The notes: generated by a model from the sequence alone, not told the origin. DNA of 64,000 bases from Candidatus Hydrogenedentota bacterium (GCA_963745075.1 CAVUWV010000014.1:256001-320000), one strand, 5' to 3'; numbered from the stretch's first letter, positions 10,088-20,064 are shown. Numbers and translations: made by a program.

Positions 10088-10801
10088 TCAGACATTCGGC
10101 GTGAATTGCCGCAGGTCGTAAATTCCTAGCGCCTTTTCGATGTCGGCAACGCGATCCACCATGGCTTCGAAACCGTCGTCACCGAACAGGGTGTGCTCCT
10201 TCTTCTCAAAATCTTCGCCCAGTGCATCGTATTCGTTTGCGGAGACGATTTCGCGGAGCGTGGGGAAGAGAACCGTATCCTCGCGGGCCTCGTGGGGGCT
10301 GTACATGCGGTTGAATGCATGAAGCCATTCGACCAAGTGGTTTCGGTCTTCCGCCGGCCGTAAGTCGCTGGTCGCCGTCAGACCGATAATGTCTTCAGTA
10401 AGGCGACGCCCCGCTTGATGTTGTTGCTCGAGCACATCCACGAGATCGGCCAGGGTGTTGGCCTTTCGAAAACGTGGAAACAGAAAGTCCTCCTCAAGCT
10501 TTTCGTGATAGTCTTCGATGAACGAACGCACGATCGAGGCGGCGTCGTGCAGGTGGGCGGGATTCAGGTCTTCCTTCTCATCAAGCCGGCGGACGCCTTC
10601 GTCGTAAATCAGCAAAATCCGCTTCAACACACCATGCTCGCGCATCAAGTCTTCGGCCGGCGAGATTTCTTCCTCGCCTTCTTCCTCCTCTTCGGCCCTC
10701 GCTGCGGCCGCTGTCACTCCGAATACGCCGCACGCAACCCCCGCCTTTGCCAGGAAACCACGCCGGTCGCTAAGAATTCCGTCGCTTTCGAGTTCGTGCA
10801 T
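10088..10801 (-). CDS. Tat-exported hemerythrin/HHE cation-binding protein
   Basis: SDRRGFL Tat motif; LMREH, YHEKLEEDFLFP, QQH, HEAREDTVLFP; RBS AAGGAGG. Confidence 0.88.
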   Translation of the reverse strand: MHELESDGILSDRRGFLAKAGVACGVFGVTAAAARAEEEEEGEEEISPAEDLMREHGVLKRILLIYDEGVRRLDEKEDLNPAHLHDAASIVRSFIEDYHEKLEEDFLFPRFRKANTLADLVDVLEQQHQAGRRLTEDIIGLTATSDLRPAEDRNHLVEWLHAFNRMYSPHEAREDTVLFPTLREIVSANEYDALGEDFEKKEHTLFGDDGFEAMVDRVADIEKALGIYDLRQFTPNV

Positions 10802-11062
10802 GGGCACCTCCTTTTCTTAGGGCAAGTATCTTTACAGAAGAAACGTTGATGCCGCCTCGTACATTTCGCAGGCACCCCTACCTTGAGTGCCACATCTAAC
10901 CCGCGGGATTCGTTGGACTTTCGCGATAGACCGTGTTGGCACGCATTTTTTGGAATAATTTGCCCCATGCAGCCCTTCCCTTTTGTAGAGAAAAAGACTC
11001 TGCGCGCACCTTCCCGCCTACTAACGATTCGCTGGTCAACCACAGAGCCGAAGGAGGTTACC

Positions 11063-12439
11063 ATGCCGGATGCAACACTATTGGAACGTTGTCAACAGTC
11101 CTTTCGCGGCCGTGTGATAGAGCCAGACGATCCCGACTACGACGGTGCGCGCGCCATTTACAATGCGATGATCGATAAACGGCCACGGATTATCGTGCAG
11201 TGCGCCGACGTTGCGGACGTAATTGCTGCGGTGAATTTCGGTCATGAATACGGTTTGGACACGGCCGTGTGCGGCGGCGGCCATAGCGGACCCGGGCTGG
11301 GGTCGGTGGACGACGGCCTCGTCATCGGCCTTTCTCCGATGAAGGGGATTCGCGTGGATCCCAACACGAAGACGGCGCGGGTACAGTCGGGTTGTTGCTG
11401 GGGCGATGTCGATCACGCGACCCACCCCTTCGGCCTGGCCGCGGTCAGTGGGATTATATCGACGACTGGCGTGCCCGGTTTGACGCTCGGCGGCGGGCAC
11501 GGGTATTTGACGCGCAAGTACGGATTGACCATTGATAATTTGTTGTCTGCCGACGTTGTGCTCGCCGATGGTCGGCTGGTCCACGCAAGCAAAAAGGAAA
11601 ACGCGGATCTCTTTTGGGCGATTCGCGGCGGCGGGGGCAACTTCGGTGTCGTCACGTCGTTCGAGTTCCGGTTGCACCCGGTGGATTCCGTCATCGCGGG
11701 GCCTATGTTCTGGACCCTCGACAATCTGGAACCGGTACTCAAATGGTATCGCGAGTGGTTGCCGCAAGCACCAGAGGACGTATACGCGTTCTTCCTCTTG
11801 GGTACCGTGCCACCGGCCGAACCCTTTCCGGAGAACATTCGAGGAAAACGAGTCTGCGGCCTGATGTGGTGTTACCTGGGACCCGAGGACCAGGCTGATT
11901 CGGTGCTTCAAGCAGCGCGCGATGTGGCTGCTCCGCTGTTCGAACTCGTTGGCCCCCTTCCGTATCCGGATCTGCAGAGCCTATTCGATGGCCTTTACCC
12001 GCCGGGACACCAGTGGTACTGGAAAGGCGACTTCGTACGCGCGATTCCGGATGAGGCCATTGCCCAGCATAAGCGGTTTGCCGCAGTACCGACGTTGCAG
12101 TCGACCATGCATATGTATCCCATCAATGGCGCCGTCCACCGTGTCGGAAAAGCGGAAACCGCGTGGGGCCTTCGCGATGCCAACTGGTCCATGGTGATCG
12201 CCGGCGTTGATCCCGACCCCGCCAACAATGACAAGATCACGCAATGGGCCCGCGGCTACTGGGACGCTATCCACCCGCACTCGGCAGGAGGCTCTTACGT
12301 CAACTTCATGATGGAAGAAGGTGCGGACCGCATCCAGGCCACCTACGGCGGCAACTACAAACGGTTGCAACAGGTAAAAGCGAAATACGACCCCGAAAAC
12401 TTCTTCCACGTGAACCAGAACATCGTACCGGCAGCGTGA
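11063..12439 (+). CDS. FAD-binding oxidoreductase (FAD_binding_4 and berberine-bridge-enzyme domains)
   Basis: GGGHS FAD-attachment motif, GLTLGGGHG, DLFWAIRGGGGNFGVVT, YVNF, K.KYDPENFF; RBS AAGGAGG. Confidence 0.93.
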   Translation: MPDATLLERCQQSFRGRVIEPDDPDYDGARAIYNAMIDKRPRIIVQCADVADVIAAVNFGHEYGLDTAVCGGGHSGPGLGSVDDGLVIGLSPMKGIRVDPNTKTARVQSGCCWGDVDHATHPFGLAAVSGIISTTGVPGLTLGGGHGYLTRKYGLTIDNLLSADVVLADGRLVHASKKENADLFWAIRGGGGNFGVVTSFEFRLHPVDSVIAGPMFWTLDNLEPVLKWYREWLPQAPEDVYAFFLLGTVPPAEPFPENIRGKRVCGLMWCYLGPEDQADSVLQAARDVAAPLFELVGPLPYPDLQSLFDGLYPPGHQWYWKGDFVRAIPDEAIAQHKRFAAVPTLQSTMHMYPINGAVHRVGKAETAWGLRDANWSMVIAGVDPDPANNDKITQWARGYWDAIHPHSAGGSYVNFMMEEGADRIQATYGGNYKRLQQVKAKYDPENFFHVNQNIVPAA

Positions 12440-12606
12440 CGAAACGCAATCTGAGACGATGGAATCCGGCTATGTGTGGCCATCGCCATAACCCGTACCA
12501 TTCATCGATTTCACGGATGTGCACCAATTAGGACAGGAAGAACCGCGTTCGTTCCCAGATTGCATGGGGTTTCGCAGATATGGAAGGGCGATTTAGAGGA
12601 AGAACT

Positions 12607-12945
12607 CCGGACTGGAAGTCCGGCACAAGTCAGCCCAGCGCGGCGTAGCCGCAACCAAATCCGAAATCCGAAGCACGAAATCCGAAACAAATTCCAATTC
12701 TCCAAATGAGAAATCACCAAAACGATCGTTCCCGCCGAAACCGTCAGACGACTTTGTATTGGCAGGCGAACACCTTCACCACATAGCCCCCGAACGGGGG
12801 CGTAGGAAACGGCTTGCATGCCAGGCTTCGTTTGACGTTTGAAAAAGAATTTCATGATCTTTCCGGGTAGGGACCCAAGGCCGAGCGAAGCGCCCCCGTG
12901 GGGGAAATGCTGCCCCTGATAAAGCGCTGAAAGTGCGGGACAACT
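12607..12945. repeat. Composite intergenic repeat region
   Basis: Hairpin CCGGACTGGAAGTCCGG; heptamer run AAATCCG AAATCCG AAGCACG AAATCCG; hairpins GCCCCCGAACGGGGGC and CGCTGAAAGTG. Confidence 0.55.
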
Positions 12946-12947
12946 TT

Positions 12948-14600
12948 CTAATCCTCGAAGTCGCCCACGGCCAATACCCAATCCGAAGGCCATCCCAGTT
13001 CGAGGGTATGCGTGCCGCCACCGAGCCTTTTCAAGGCGATCTCGCTATATTCCGCCTTTGCGTCTACGGCCACGACCGGCTGCGTGCCCGGCATGCCGGA
13101 TAAATCGATGGTCACAACGTCGGCATCCTCCACGAAGACGATAAAATGCGTCTTATCCGCTGACGCCAGACAATACGCTGTTGCCCCGCTGACACGTTCA
13201 TTCTCCGGCGCCATGTCGAGCTTCATCCGCCCGTCCTTCCAGAACTCCCTGTGCGTGCGGAAGGCCCGCTTGAGCGATTCGGGGTGGTAGCCGCACGGAC
13301 CGTCCGGGTTGAACGGTCCATACGCGTTGAACCGTTCCGAGAAGTGGCCGAAAAACCCGCCCATCCCGCCGGCCATGGTCTCCCACCAGATCAACCGGCG
13401 GCAGCCGGTCTCGTTCAACCGATTCGGATCGGCCACCGCGTGCGGCCAGCATTGCCAGCGGTTGTAGGTGTGCCGTTCCTCGTAGATATGCGGACGATCC
13501 GTCCGGGCTTGCATGTGGTGCAGGATTTCGTCGTATCCGGCCGGTCCTTTGTCCGTCGTCATGAGGTCGTAGGGTGCGCCGCCGAACCCTGCGTAGGAAT
13601 AAGCGCCGAAGGCTGCGTCGTCCCAACCGCGCGAGGTGAGGAGGTGGGGCCAGCCCATTCGGTCACTGAGTTGCGTGGCCCACCACGCCCCATCCGCCTC
13701 GGCCTTGGGCATCTCAATCGTGTCGAACCCGAAATTCATACTCCAGCCCGGCAATGGGCCGAGCCGGGCGGCGATGTAGCGCAGCAACCGCCGGTGCCGT
13801 TCGCCTCGAAACCCGTCGCCGAGATGGTTCGGGGTTTGTTTGCGGCCGTTGTCGCCCCAGGCCCAGATGTGCGTGCGTCCGCCTCGATCGTGAGCGTACC
13901 GGATCGCTTGTTCCAACATGGCGAACGTGGCCAAGTCAGGCTCGTCGAGAGCGGGGTCGTCGCCACCGTCGAAATCATCAATGCTCAACGCGCCCATCTT
14001 GAACCAACTGTAGAACACAGCAAAGAAATAGATCTCGAATCCGTTCTCCTGCGAATCCTCCCAATACGCCGGAATCAGATTGGCCCGGTCCGTGTCCCCC
14101 AGGATGCGCGTGCGGTGCTCGTGCTGCTGCTCAAAATCCTGCTGGTTCATGTAGACCTGATAGACATACCCTTCCAGGTCGTCCTCGTCCTCCACCATCA
14201 CCGCGTACTTGTTGCTGACATTCGTCAGAAACCCCTTCACGTCGTCATTCGCTCGCGGCCCCACGATCACCCGCCCCGAATGCCCGTCCAACTCCGGGTC
14301 CTCGCTCGCCGTCGTAAACCTCCACACCCCCGCCCGCGTCCCCGTAAACCGGAAATTCCACACGTCATCCCCGGCGTAGAACAATTCCGTCGTTCGTTGC
14401 GCGCCCGTCTGCTCATGGGTAAACGTGGCCACTGCAAACACGTCAAACGGGTTGCCGGACCAGGATGGGTTCTCGACCGCCCACTCCTGGCATTGCCACG
14501 CGGGGGCCTCGCAATCGGGGATCCGCGCCGCGTGAGAACCGATTAAGGTCATAACCCACATCGAAGCACAAATGATCGTATTGCGAGAAACGAAGCGCAA
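12948..14600 (-). CDS. Secreted DUF5060-domain putative glycoside hydrolase
   Basis: NPFDV.A.ATF.H...FYAG...W.FRF....G.W.F.T.S..PELDG at the N-terminus; RYIAARLG..PGW in the catalytic-like domain. TTG start after GGAGGG gives a signal-peptide-like N-terminus. Confidence 0.75.
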   Translation of the reverse strand: MRFVSRNTIICASMWVMTLIGSHAARIPDCEAPAWQCQEWAVENPSWSGNPFDVFAVATFTHEQTGAQRTTELFYAGDDVWNFRFTGTRAGVWRFTTASEDPELDGHSGRVIVGPRANDDVKGFLTNVSNKYAVMVEDEDDLEGYVYQVYMNQQDFEQQHEHRTRILGDTDRANLIPAYWEDSQENGFEIYFFAVFYSWFKMGALSIDDFDGGDDPALDEPDLATFAMLEQAIRYAHDRGGRTHIWAWGDNGRKQTPNHLGDGFRGERHRRLLRYIAARLGPLPGWSMNFGFDTIEMPKAEADGAWWATQLSDRMGWPHLLTSRGWDDAAFGAYSYAGFGGAPYDLMTTDKGPAGYDEILHHMQARTDRPHIYEERHTYNRWQCWPHAVADPNRLNETGCRRLIWWETMAGGMGGFFGHFSERFNAYGPFNPDGPCGYHPESLKRAFRTHREFWKDGRMKLDMAPENERVSGATAYCLASADKTHFIVFVEDADVVTIDLSGMPGTQPVVAVDAKAEYSEIALKRLGGGTHTLELGWPSDWVLAVGDFED

Positions 14601-14645
14601 TGGTAGGCCCTCCACGCCTTCAGACAAAACGTTTTCAGCCAACCG

Positions 14646-15020
14646 CTAGTCCGTAAGGAAAGGCGCCACGAATGCCCCGTAGACCAGGAAAAGGACTAAG
14701 AGCCAAAGAATGGCTATTAGTCCGTAACAAAACCATCGAATTGGCGAGATCGGGCCACGTTCACTTTTTTGGGTAGGTGTAAGCAGCACGATCTTCTTAT
14801 CCCCGTCCCTTTACGATTCCAATGCGTTGGGATCAAGATTACCCAGTTTTCTCGCCTGGTAAATCAGGGTATGTGCGCCCAAATACGTTGCCCAAAATAG
14901 GTTACTCATGGATACCAGGCGGGTTTCTTGGATTAAGCGCGCGCTCGTCAGGAAGCGACGGGCCAGATATTGTCTCGCCAGAAATTGGGGGAGGCAAAGG
15001 AAACACCCATTGGTCAGCAT
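14646..15020 (-). pseudogene. Small membrane-protein gene interrupted by an in-frame TAA
   Basis: The 69-aa ORF continues in frame past TAA (14811-14813) as RDGDKKIVLL...WFCYGLIAILWLLVLFLVYGAFVAPFLTD*. Confidence 0.4.
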
Positions 15021-15031
15021 CGTAATCGCGT

Positions 15032-16237
15032 CTATTCTTCACTTCGCACTTTCGGCTCAGCCGGTGTTTCGGGAATCTCCGACTTCGTAATCAGCTCATC
15101 GGGGTTGTGGTTCTGGTCGAGGTATTCATCGTAGCCGGTCCGGCCCTTGAGGTAGCGGTCGAAGAAGGCGGTCGTATAACCGTCGATGAGGCCAAAGGCC
15201 ACGTCTTTGGTCACATACGTAATGGGTTCGCCGTTCGTGATGCGTTTACCGGTGCCGACGCCGTCGCCGAAGTTTGGATTGAACTGGTACATCTCGGTGA
15301 AGGAGTAGTGGCCGCCGTTCTTGAACTCGATGAGGTAGTGGGGCCCGGTGGATTCGTTGTAGTAGTTGCGTACGCGTTCGTTCCCCTCCGCGTTGATGGT
15401 GTCGTCTTCGGTCGCCAGAAGAATCATAGCCGGGCAATCGTAGCGGCTACGGGTGCGGGCCACGCCGGCCATAGGCGCAATCGCTTTCACGCGGGGGTCC
15501 TGGTCTGCCACGGCGGTCGTCGTGAATCCGCCGAAGGAATGGCCCGCCACGCCGATGCGGTCCATGTCGATCTTCCCGAAGAAGCGACTATCGTTCCCCT
15601 TGTTCATGCGGTCCATGCAGTCGATGAGAAAACTCACGTCTTTCGGCCGGTCCTCGGAGGCCCGTTCCCGCCCTTCCGGACTGTCGTTGAAGAAGATCGG
15701 TTTGCCGTCGATGATGGTGATCAGGCAATTGCCTGTGTGGTCGGGCGCCATGACGATGTAGCCGTGGCTGGCCATGTGCTCGCACCAGTACACGTTCTGG
15801 CTCCGCATGCCGCCGTTTCCATGTGAGAATAGAAGCAGGGGATAAACGCCGTCGCGGACGCGCGCGTCGCGCACGGCAATGTCCTGGAACGTTTTGTTTG
15901 ACGCCATGAGGTCCGCATCGAACGCCAGCTTCATCGCGGCCGCCGCGGCTTCGACGCCACCGTTGTAGAAGTCGATCAGCCGGTTCGGAGGCAATCCCCG
16001 TGTATCGTCCGTGGCGGGGTACCAGATCTCCGTGAGCAGCGACCGCGGACCACCATCGATCGCCGGGTCGGTGCGGCTGTGGTCGACCAGCATCGTCGTC
16101 GTCACCCCGACAGGGTACGGTCCTGGCTTCGCCGGATCGGAGAGGTCCTCTGCGGCAAGCGCCGTACTAGCGGCGAACACCGCAGCGAGGATGACGAGAA
16201 TGAGGAACACACGATAGCAATGCAGTCGTCGTAGCAT
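15032..16237 (-). CDS. Secreted alpha/beta hydrolase (PAF-acetylhydrolase/dienelactone hydrolase-like)
   Basis: PGPYPVG, EIWYPA, LFSHGNGG, ASHGYIVMAPDH, DRPKDV, GHSFGG nucleophile, GHYSF. Confidence 0.9.
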   Translation of the reverse strand: MLRRLHCYRVFLILVILAAVFAASTALAAEDLSDPAKPGPYPVGVTTTMLVDHSRTDPAIDGGPRSLLTEIWYPATDDTRGLPPNRLIDFYNGGVEAAAAAMKLAFDADLMASNKTFQDIAVRDARVRDGVYPLLLFSHGNGGMRSQNVYWCEHMASHGYIVMAPDHTGNCLITIIDGKPIFFNDSPEGRERASEDRPKDVSFLIDCMDRMNKGNDSRFFGKIDMDRIGVAGHSFGGFTTTAVADQDPRVKAIAPMAGVARTRSRYDCPAMILLATEDDTINAEGNERVRNYYNESTGPHYLIEFKNGGHYSFTEMYQFNPNFGDGVGTGKRITNGEPITYVTKDVAFGLIDGYTTAFFDRYLKGRTGYDEYLDQNHNPDELITKSEIPETPAEPKVRSEE

Positions 16238-16442
16238 CTTGTTCTCCTTGGCACGGCTTGGGTTGCCGACTCAAGCCGCACGAGGGCTTGACGGGAAGTA
16301 CAGTACTTGCTAGGGACGTGGATGCTCAAGTCTTGGATGCAGTTTAATTTTATTGAATGGCCCCATAAGAACAGACCAGCGCGGGGTGACAAGTTCAAAC
16401 AACAGGCACTTTTCCAGCGCGAAGGTATGGTGTGGCCCTGCC

Positions 16443-16566
16443 GGGAGCGCCAAACTCCAGCCTGGCGAGGAGCGAAGCGTATACCGATTACGACACACCA
16501 TTTGCGATTGCGAAGCCTCGATGGACCTGTTCCAAAGGGTCGCCGGGGCGGAGCTTGGTGTTTCCC
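16443..16566. repeat. Imperfect inverted REP pair
   Basis: GGGAGCGCCAAACTCCAGCCTGGCGA ... TCGCCGGGGCGGAGCTTGGTGTTTCCC. Confidence 0.6.
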
Positions 16567-16581
16567 GTGGGCCGGGATGGA

Positions 16582-17250
16582 CTAATCGGGGCTGGATGTG
16601 GCGGCGCGGACTGCGTTGGCACGTTTCAGCAGCGGCCCCACCGCTTCGGCGATGCGCTCCGCAATGACCTTCTGACCCTGCGCGTTGGGGTGGATCTGGT
16701 CGTACATCATGCGGGGATGGCCGAAGACGCCGTCCATGACGTCAGGAAGAAGAAGGGCCCCGTGGCGTTTCGCGATAGCCTCGTATCCGTCGAGGTATTT
16801 GTCCCCGAAGAGCCCGAGCTGGATGTGGACCAGGACGACCATGGCGCCCGCGTCGATGCACCGGGTGACAATGCGGTCAAGGTTTCTGAAGGTCTCTTCC
16901 CGCGGGATCTTCTCGAGAAAGTCGTTGCCGCCGAGTTCGACGATGACCAAGCGCGGGTCGAGTTCGAGCGCATCGCGGTCGAGCCGTTGAAGGCCGGATG
17001 CGGTGGTGTCGCCGTTACGACCCATGTTATGGACGTCCACGCCGAGCATGTCCGAGAGCAGAGCCGGATAGGCCTCTTCCGGCCTGACGCCGTACCCGTA
17101 GGTAATGCTGTCGCCGAACGCGACGATGGCCGTGCCCGCGGAATCCAGATTCGCGGCCTTCGGTTCGCTTCGGCCACATTCCGGCAGTAGGATTAGAAAC
17201 AGCAAGGCGGCCACAGGGGACGCCCATGGCCGCCTGGACTCTGCAACCAT
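16582..17250 (-). CDS. GDSL/SGNH arylesterase (TesA-like)
   Basis: FGDSITYG, G.NGDTT, ELGGND, DQIHPN. Confidence 0.92.
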   Translation of the reverse strand: MVAESRRPWASPVAALLFLILLPECGRSEPKAANLDSAGTAIVAFGDSITYGYGVRPEEAYPALLSDMLGVDVHNMGRNGDTTASGLQRLDRDALELDPRLVIVELGGNDFLEKIPREETFRNLDRIVTRCIDAGAMVVLVHIQLGLFGDKYLDGYEAIAKRHGALLLPDVMDGVFGHPRMMYDQIHPNAQGQKVIAERIAEAVGPLLKRANAVRAATSSPD

Positions 17251-17254
17251 CGTC

Positions 17255-17734
17255 TTACGGTTCGATAACCGGCAGCGTTTCCGGGTCGATTTTCGTGTGG
17301 CACGCATTGCACGAGGCAACCAACGCCTCATACTTCATCTTGGTCGCGGCGAAATCGCGCGTCTTGGCCGCTTCCGCAAGGGCGATCGAAGCGTCAAACA
17401 TTCCCTTGGTCAGCTCTTGCCACTCGGGGTTTTGCGCATCTTCATCGTTGCGGATGGCAATGAGATTGGCGATTTCTGCCCCGCTCGACGCCTCGTCTTC
17501 CACCTTGCGCCATTCCCGGGGACTTCCCGGGTCATTGGCCAGCATTTCATGTAAGGTATCTGCCAACGGGTCTGCAAACTTCTTCATAAACCGCTCCGTC
17601 TTCATGACCGGTTGCGACAAGGCCGGGGCGGCCTGCACTTCTTGCGTGTCCTGTGCGTACACCGCGTGAAGATTCTGACCCATCAATCCACCCGCCAGCG
17701 CGAGGAGCGTCAGCGCAATACACCACTTCCACAT
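17255..17734 (-). CDS. Periplasmic class II (four-helix, c'/c556-like) cytochrome c
   Basis: Signal peptide, helical body and a single C-terminal CNACH; RBS GGAGG. Confidence 0.85.
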   Translation of the reverse strand: MWKWCIALTLLALAGGLMGQNLHAVYAQDTQEVQAAPALSQPVMKTERFMKKFADPLADTLHEMLANDPGSPREWRKVEDEASSGAEIANLIAIRNDEDAQNPEWQELTKGMFDASIALAEAAKTRDFAATKMKYEALVASCNACHTKIDPETLPVIEP

Positions 17735-18183
17735 CGCCAAAACCTCCGAAAGTCTTTGTTTTCAACAACCCCGTCCGGCCCCGTCGGCCGGACTGTACAG
17801 CCACGAAGGGGGTAGCCTACCGGGGAATTCCGTGGGAGATCAAGTAACCTAAGGCGCGGACTGGACCCGCGCGACTGCATTCGGCAAAATCTCGCTGTCC
17901 CGAGTACAATCAAAGTGTGGCTCAGCGTACGAGCGAGGGAGCGATGCGCCATCCCGTGATAAGCGACGTTGCGATTTGGTGCCGAAACATTTCATGATTG
18001 ATGCCAATCGTAACCCTCCGGACGGTGGCCGGTACAATATCACTGGATGGGGATGCCGGATCGAGGGGTCGGCGGCTGCGCGGTCAGATAGGAAATCGTC
18101 ACCGTTCGTTGGCGGGTCTCCAGCCATTAATGCGCTGTGGCAGAGTGACATACATTGCTGAAAACGTCAGGGAGGGGCGGGCA

Positions 18184-19893
18184 TTGAGATTCGAAAAACT
18201 TCTGGTTCGGGGTGTTGTCGTTATTGGCGCGATGCTCGGGTGTGTGCTGTCACAAGCCCAGGTTACCTCACCGGTCAAGCCACCGCGCCATGCCGCCACA
18301 ACCGAAAGAAAGTCCGCCCAAACGGACACGAAACGGCTCTTTCATCTTCTTTTCCCGTCGATGCCGGCGAGGTTTCCCTGGGAATTCCGTTCGATCGACG
18401 GCAGCGGAAATAATGTCATGCATCCAGACTGGGGAATGGCTGGTTCGGAGTTACTGCGTGCGGCGGACACGGCGTATGCGGACGGATCGGGAACGCCCGC
18501 TGGAAGCGGCCGTGATAGCGCCCGGGCCATCAGCAACGGCTGCGCCGCGCAGACGGGATCGATGCCCAACTCGCGAGGTGTCTCGAGCATGGTGTGGCAA
18601 TGGGGCCAATTCATCGACCATGACATCACCCTGGTCGGGACCATGGACCCCATCGAGCCCTTCGATATCGAGGTTCCCGTGGGCGACCCCTATTTCGATC
18701 CTAATTCGACGGGTACGCAAGCGATCGCGCTGGAGCGCTCCTTCTATCACATGGTCGGCGGCGTGCGGCAACAGGTTGATGAACTCACTGCCTACATCGA
18801 CGGGTCGCAAGTCTACGGATCGGATGAGGCACGCGCGACGGCACTTCGTATGCTGGATGGGACCGGCCGGTTGAAGACCAGCGAAGGCCAACTCTTGCCA
18901 TATAACACCGAGGAATTCGAGAACGCTTTTTCCAACGATTCGTCGTTCTTCTTCGCGGGAGACATTCGGGCAAACGAACAAGTCGCCCTGACCTGCATGC
19001 AGACGCTGTTTATGCGCGAACACAACCGGTGGGCCAAGCGGATTCACCGCGCGTTTCCCATGATGGACGGAGACAGGGTCTACCTCTGGGCACGCGCGCT
19101 CGTCGGGGCCGAGATTCAGTCCATCACGTACAACGAGTTCTTGCCGATTCTGCTGGGCCCCGGCGCATTGGAACCCTATACGGGGTACAAACCGGATGTG
19201 CAAGCGGGTATTATGAATGAATTCGCCACCGCCGCCTATCGAGTCGGTCACACGTTTCTGCCACCGGAACTCGAGCGGTTGGACGCCACCCTGCAACCGA
19301 TCCCGGAAGGGAGTCTGCCGTTGGCGAATGCCTTCTTCAATCCCGACGAATACAAGACCATCGGTATCGAGCCGTACCTGCGCGGACTAGCCTCGCAAAT
19401 GGCGCAGGAAGTGGACACCCATGTTGTGGACGGCGTCCGCAACTTTCTCTTTGGTCCCCCGGGGGCCGGCGGTTTTGACCTGGCCTCACTAAACATTCAA
19501 CGTGGCCGCGATCACGGCTTGCCGGATTACAATTCCGTCCGGGTGGCGCTGGGACTCCCGGCGCGCGCGGGTTTTACCGAAATCACGTCCAACACCGATG
19601 CCCAAGCCGCGCTGGCGTCTATGTATTCGTCCGTCGACGACATCGACCTCTGGGTCGCCGGACTTGCCGAAGACCACATGCCCGGCGCCATGGTGGGGGA
19701 AACGTTCTGGACTATCATCAAGATGCAATTTGAGCGCTTACGGGACAGCGACCGCTTCTGGTACCAGGCCTACCTGCCGCCTCATCTCATGCGGATGGTG
19801 GAGAAACGAACGCTGCGGAAGATCATTGGGACGAACACCGAAATTCGCGGGGAACTCCAGAAAGACGTGTTCATGGTGCCGCCGAGTCCGTAG
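18184..19893 (+). CDS. Secreted animal-type (peroxidase-cyclooxygenase superfamily) heme peroxidase
   Basis: RSIDGSGNN, WGQFIDHDI, T.YIDGS.VYG, GDIRANEQ, REHNR, AYRVGH, NIQRGRDHG, QFERLRDSDRFW. Start estimated as TTG after GGAGG. Confidence 0.93.
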   Translation: MRFEKLLVRGVVVIGAMLGCVLSQAQVTSPVKPPRHAATTERKSAQTDTKRLFHLLFPSMPARFPWEFRSIDGSGNNVMHPDWGMAGSELLRAADTAYADGSGTPAGSGRDSARAISNGCAAQTGSMPNSRGVSSMVWQWGQFIDHDITLVGTMDPIEPFDIEVPVGDPYFDPNSTGTQAIALERSFYHMVGGVRQQVDELTAYIDGSQVYGSDEARATALRMLDGTGRLKTSEGQLLPYNTEEFENAFSNDSSFFFAGDIRANEQVALTCMQTLFMREHNRWAKRIHRAFPMMDGDRVYLWARALVGAEIQSITYNEFLPILLGPGALEPYTGYKPDVQAGIMNEFATAAYRVGHTFLPPELERLDATLQPIPEGSLPLANAFFNPDEYKTIGIEPYLRGLASQMAQEVDTHVVDGVRNFLFGPPGAGGFDLASLNIQRGRDHGLPDYNSVRVALGLPARAGFTEITSNTDAQAALASMYSSVDDIDLWVAGLAEDHMPGAMVGETFWTIIKMQFERLRDSDRFWYQAYLPPHLMRMVEKRTLRKIIGTNTEIRGELQKDVFMVPPSP

Positions 19894-19917
19894 AATTACT
19901 TTCTAACGCTTACGTCT

Positions 19918-20002
19918 ACCGTCATTCTGAACGAAGTGAAGAATCTCAAGTCTCCGACGAATTGAACTGAAAGAGATTCTTCACTTCGTTCAGAATGACG
20001 GT
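19918..20002. repeat. 30-bp perfect inverted repeat (GTCAT...GAAG.ATCTC REP family)
   Basis: ACCGTCATTCTGAACGAAGTGAAGAATCTC-N25-GAGATTCTTCACTTCGTTCAGAATGACGGT. Confidence 0.9.
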
Positions 20003-20064
20003 TACGATCTTCCTCGGATAGCATCTACATTCTCATTCTTTAGCCGCAACAGGTCGGTGCAAGT

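Noticed and set aside
10937..10954. TGGCACG possible sigma-54 promoter upstream of the FAD oxidoreductase
   Set aside because: No GC at the -12 position; the spacing is wrong.
12657..12720. Short tandem repeats as a CRISPR array
   Set aside because: Degenerate 7-mers without spacers, and no cas genes.
17770..17875. Hairpins upstream of the cytochrome c gene as a riboswitch or ncRNA
   Set aside because: No recognisable aptamer consensus; may just be promoter and leader sequence.
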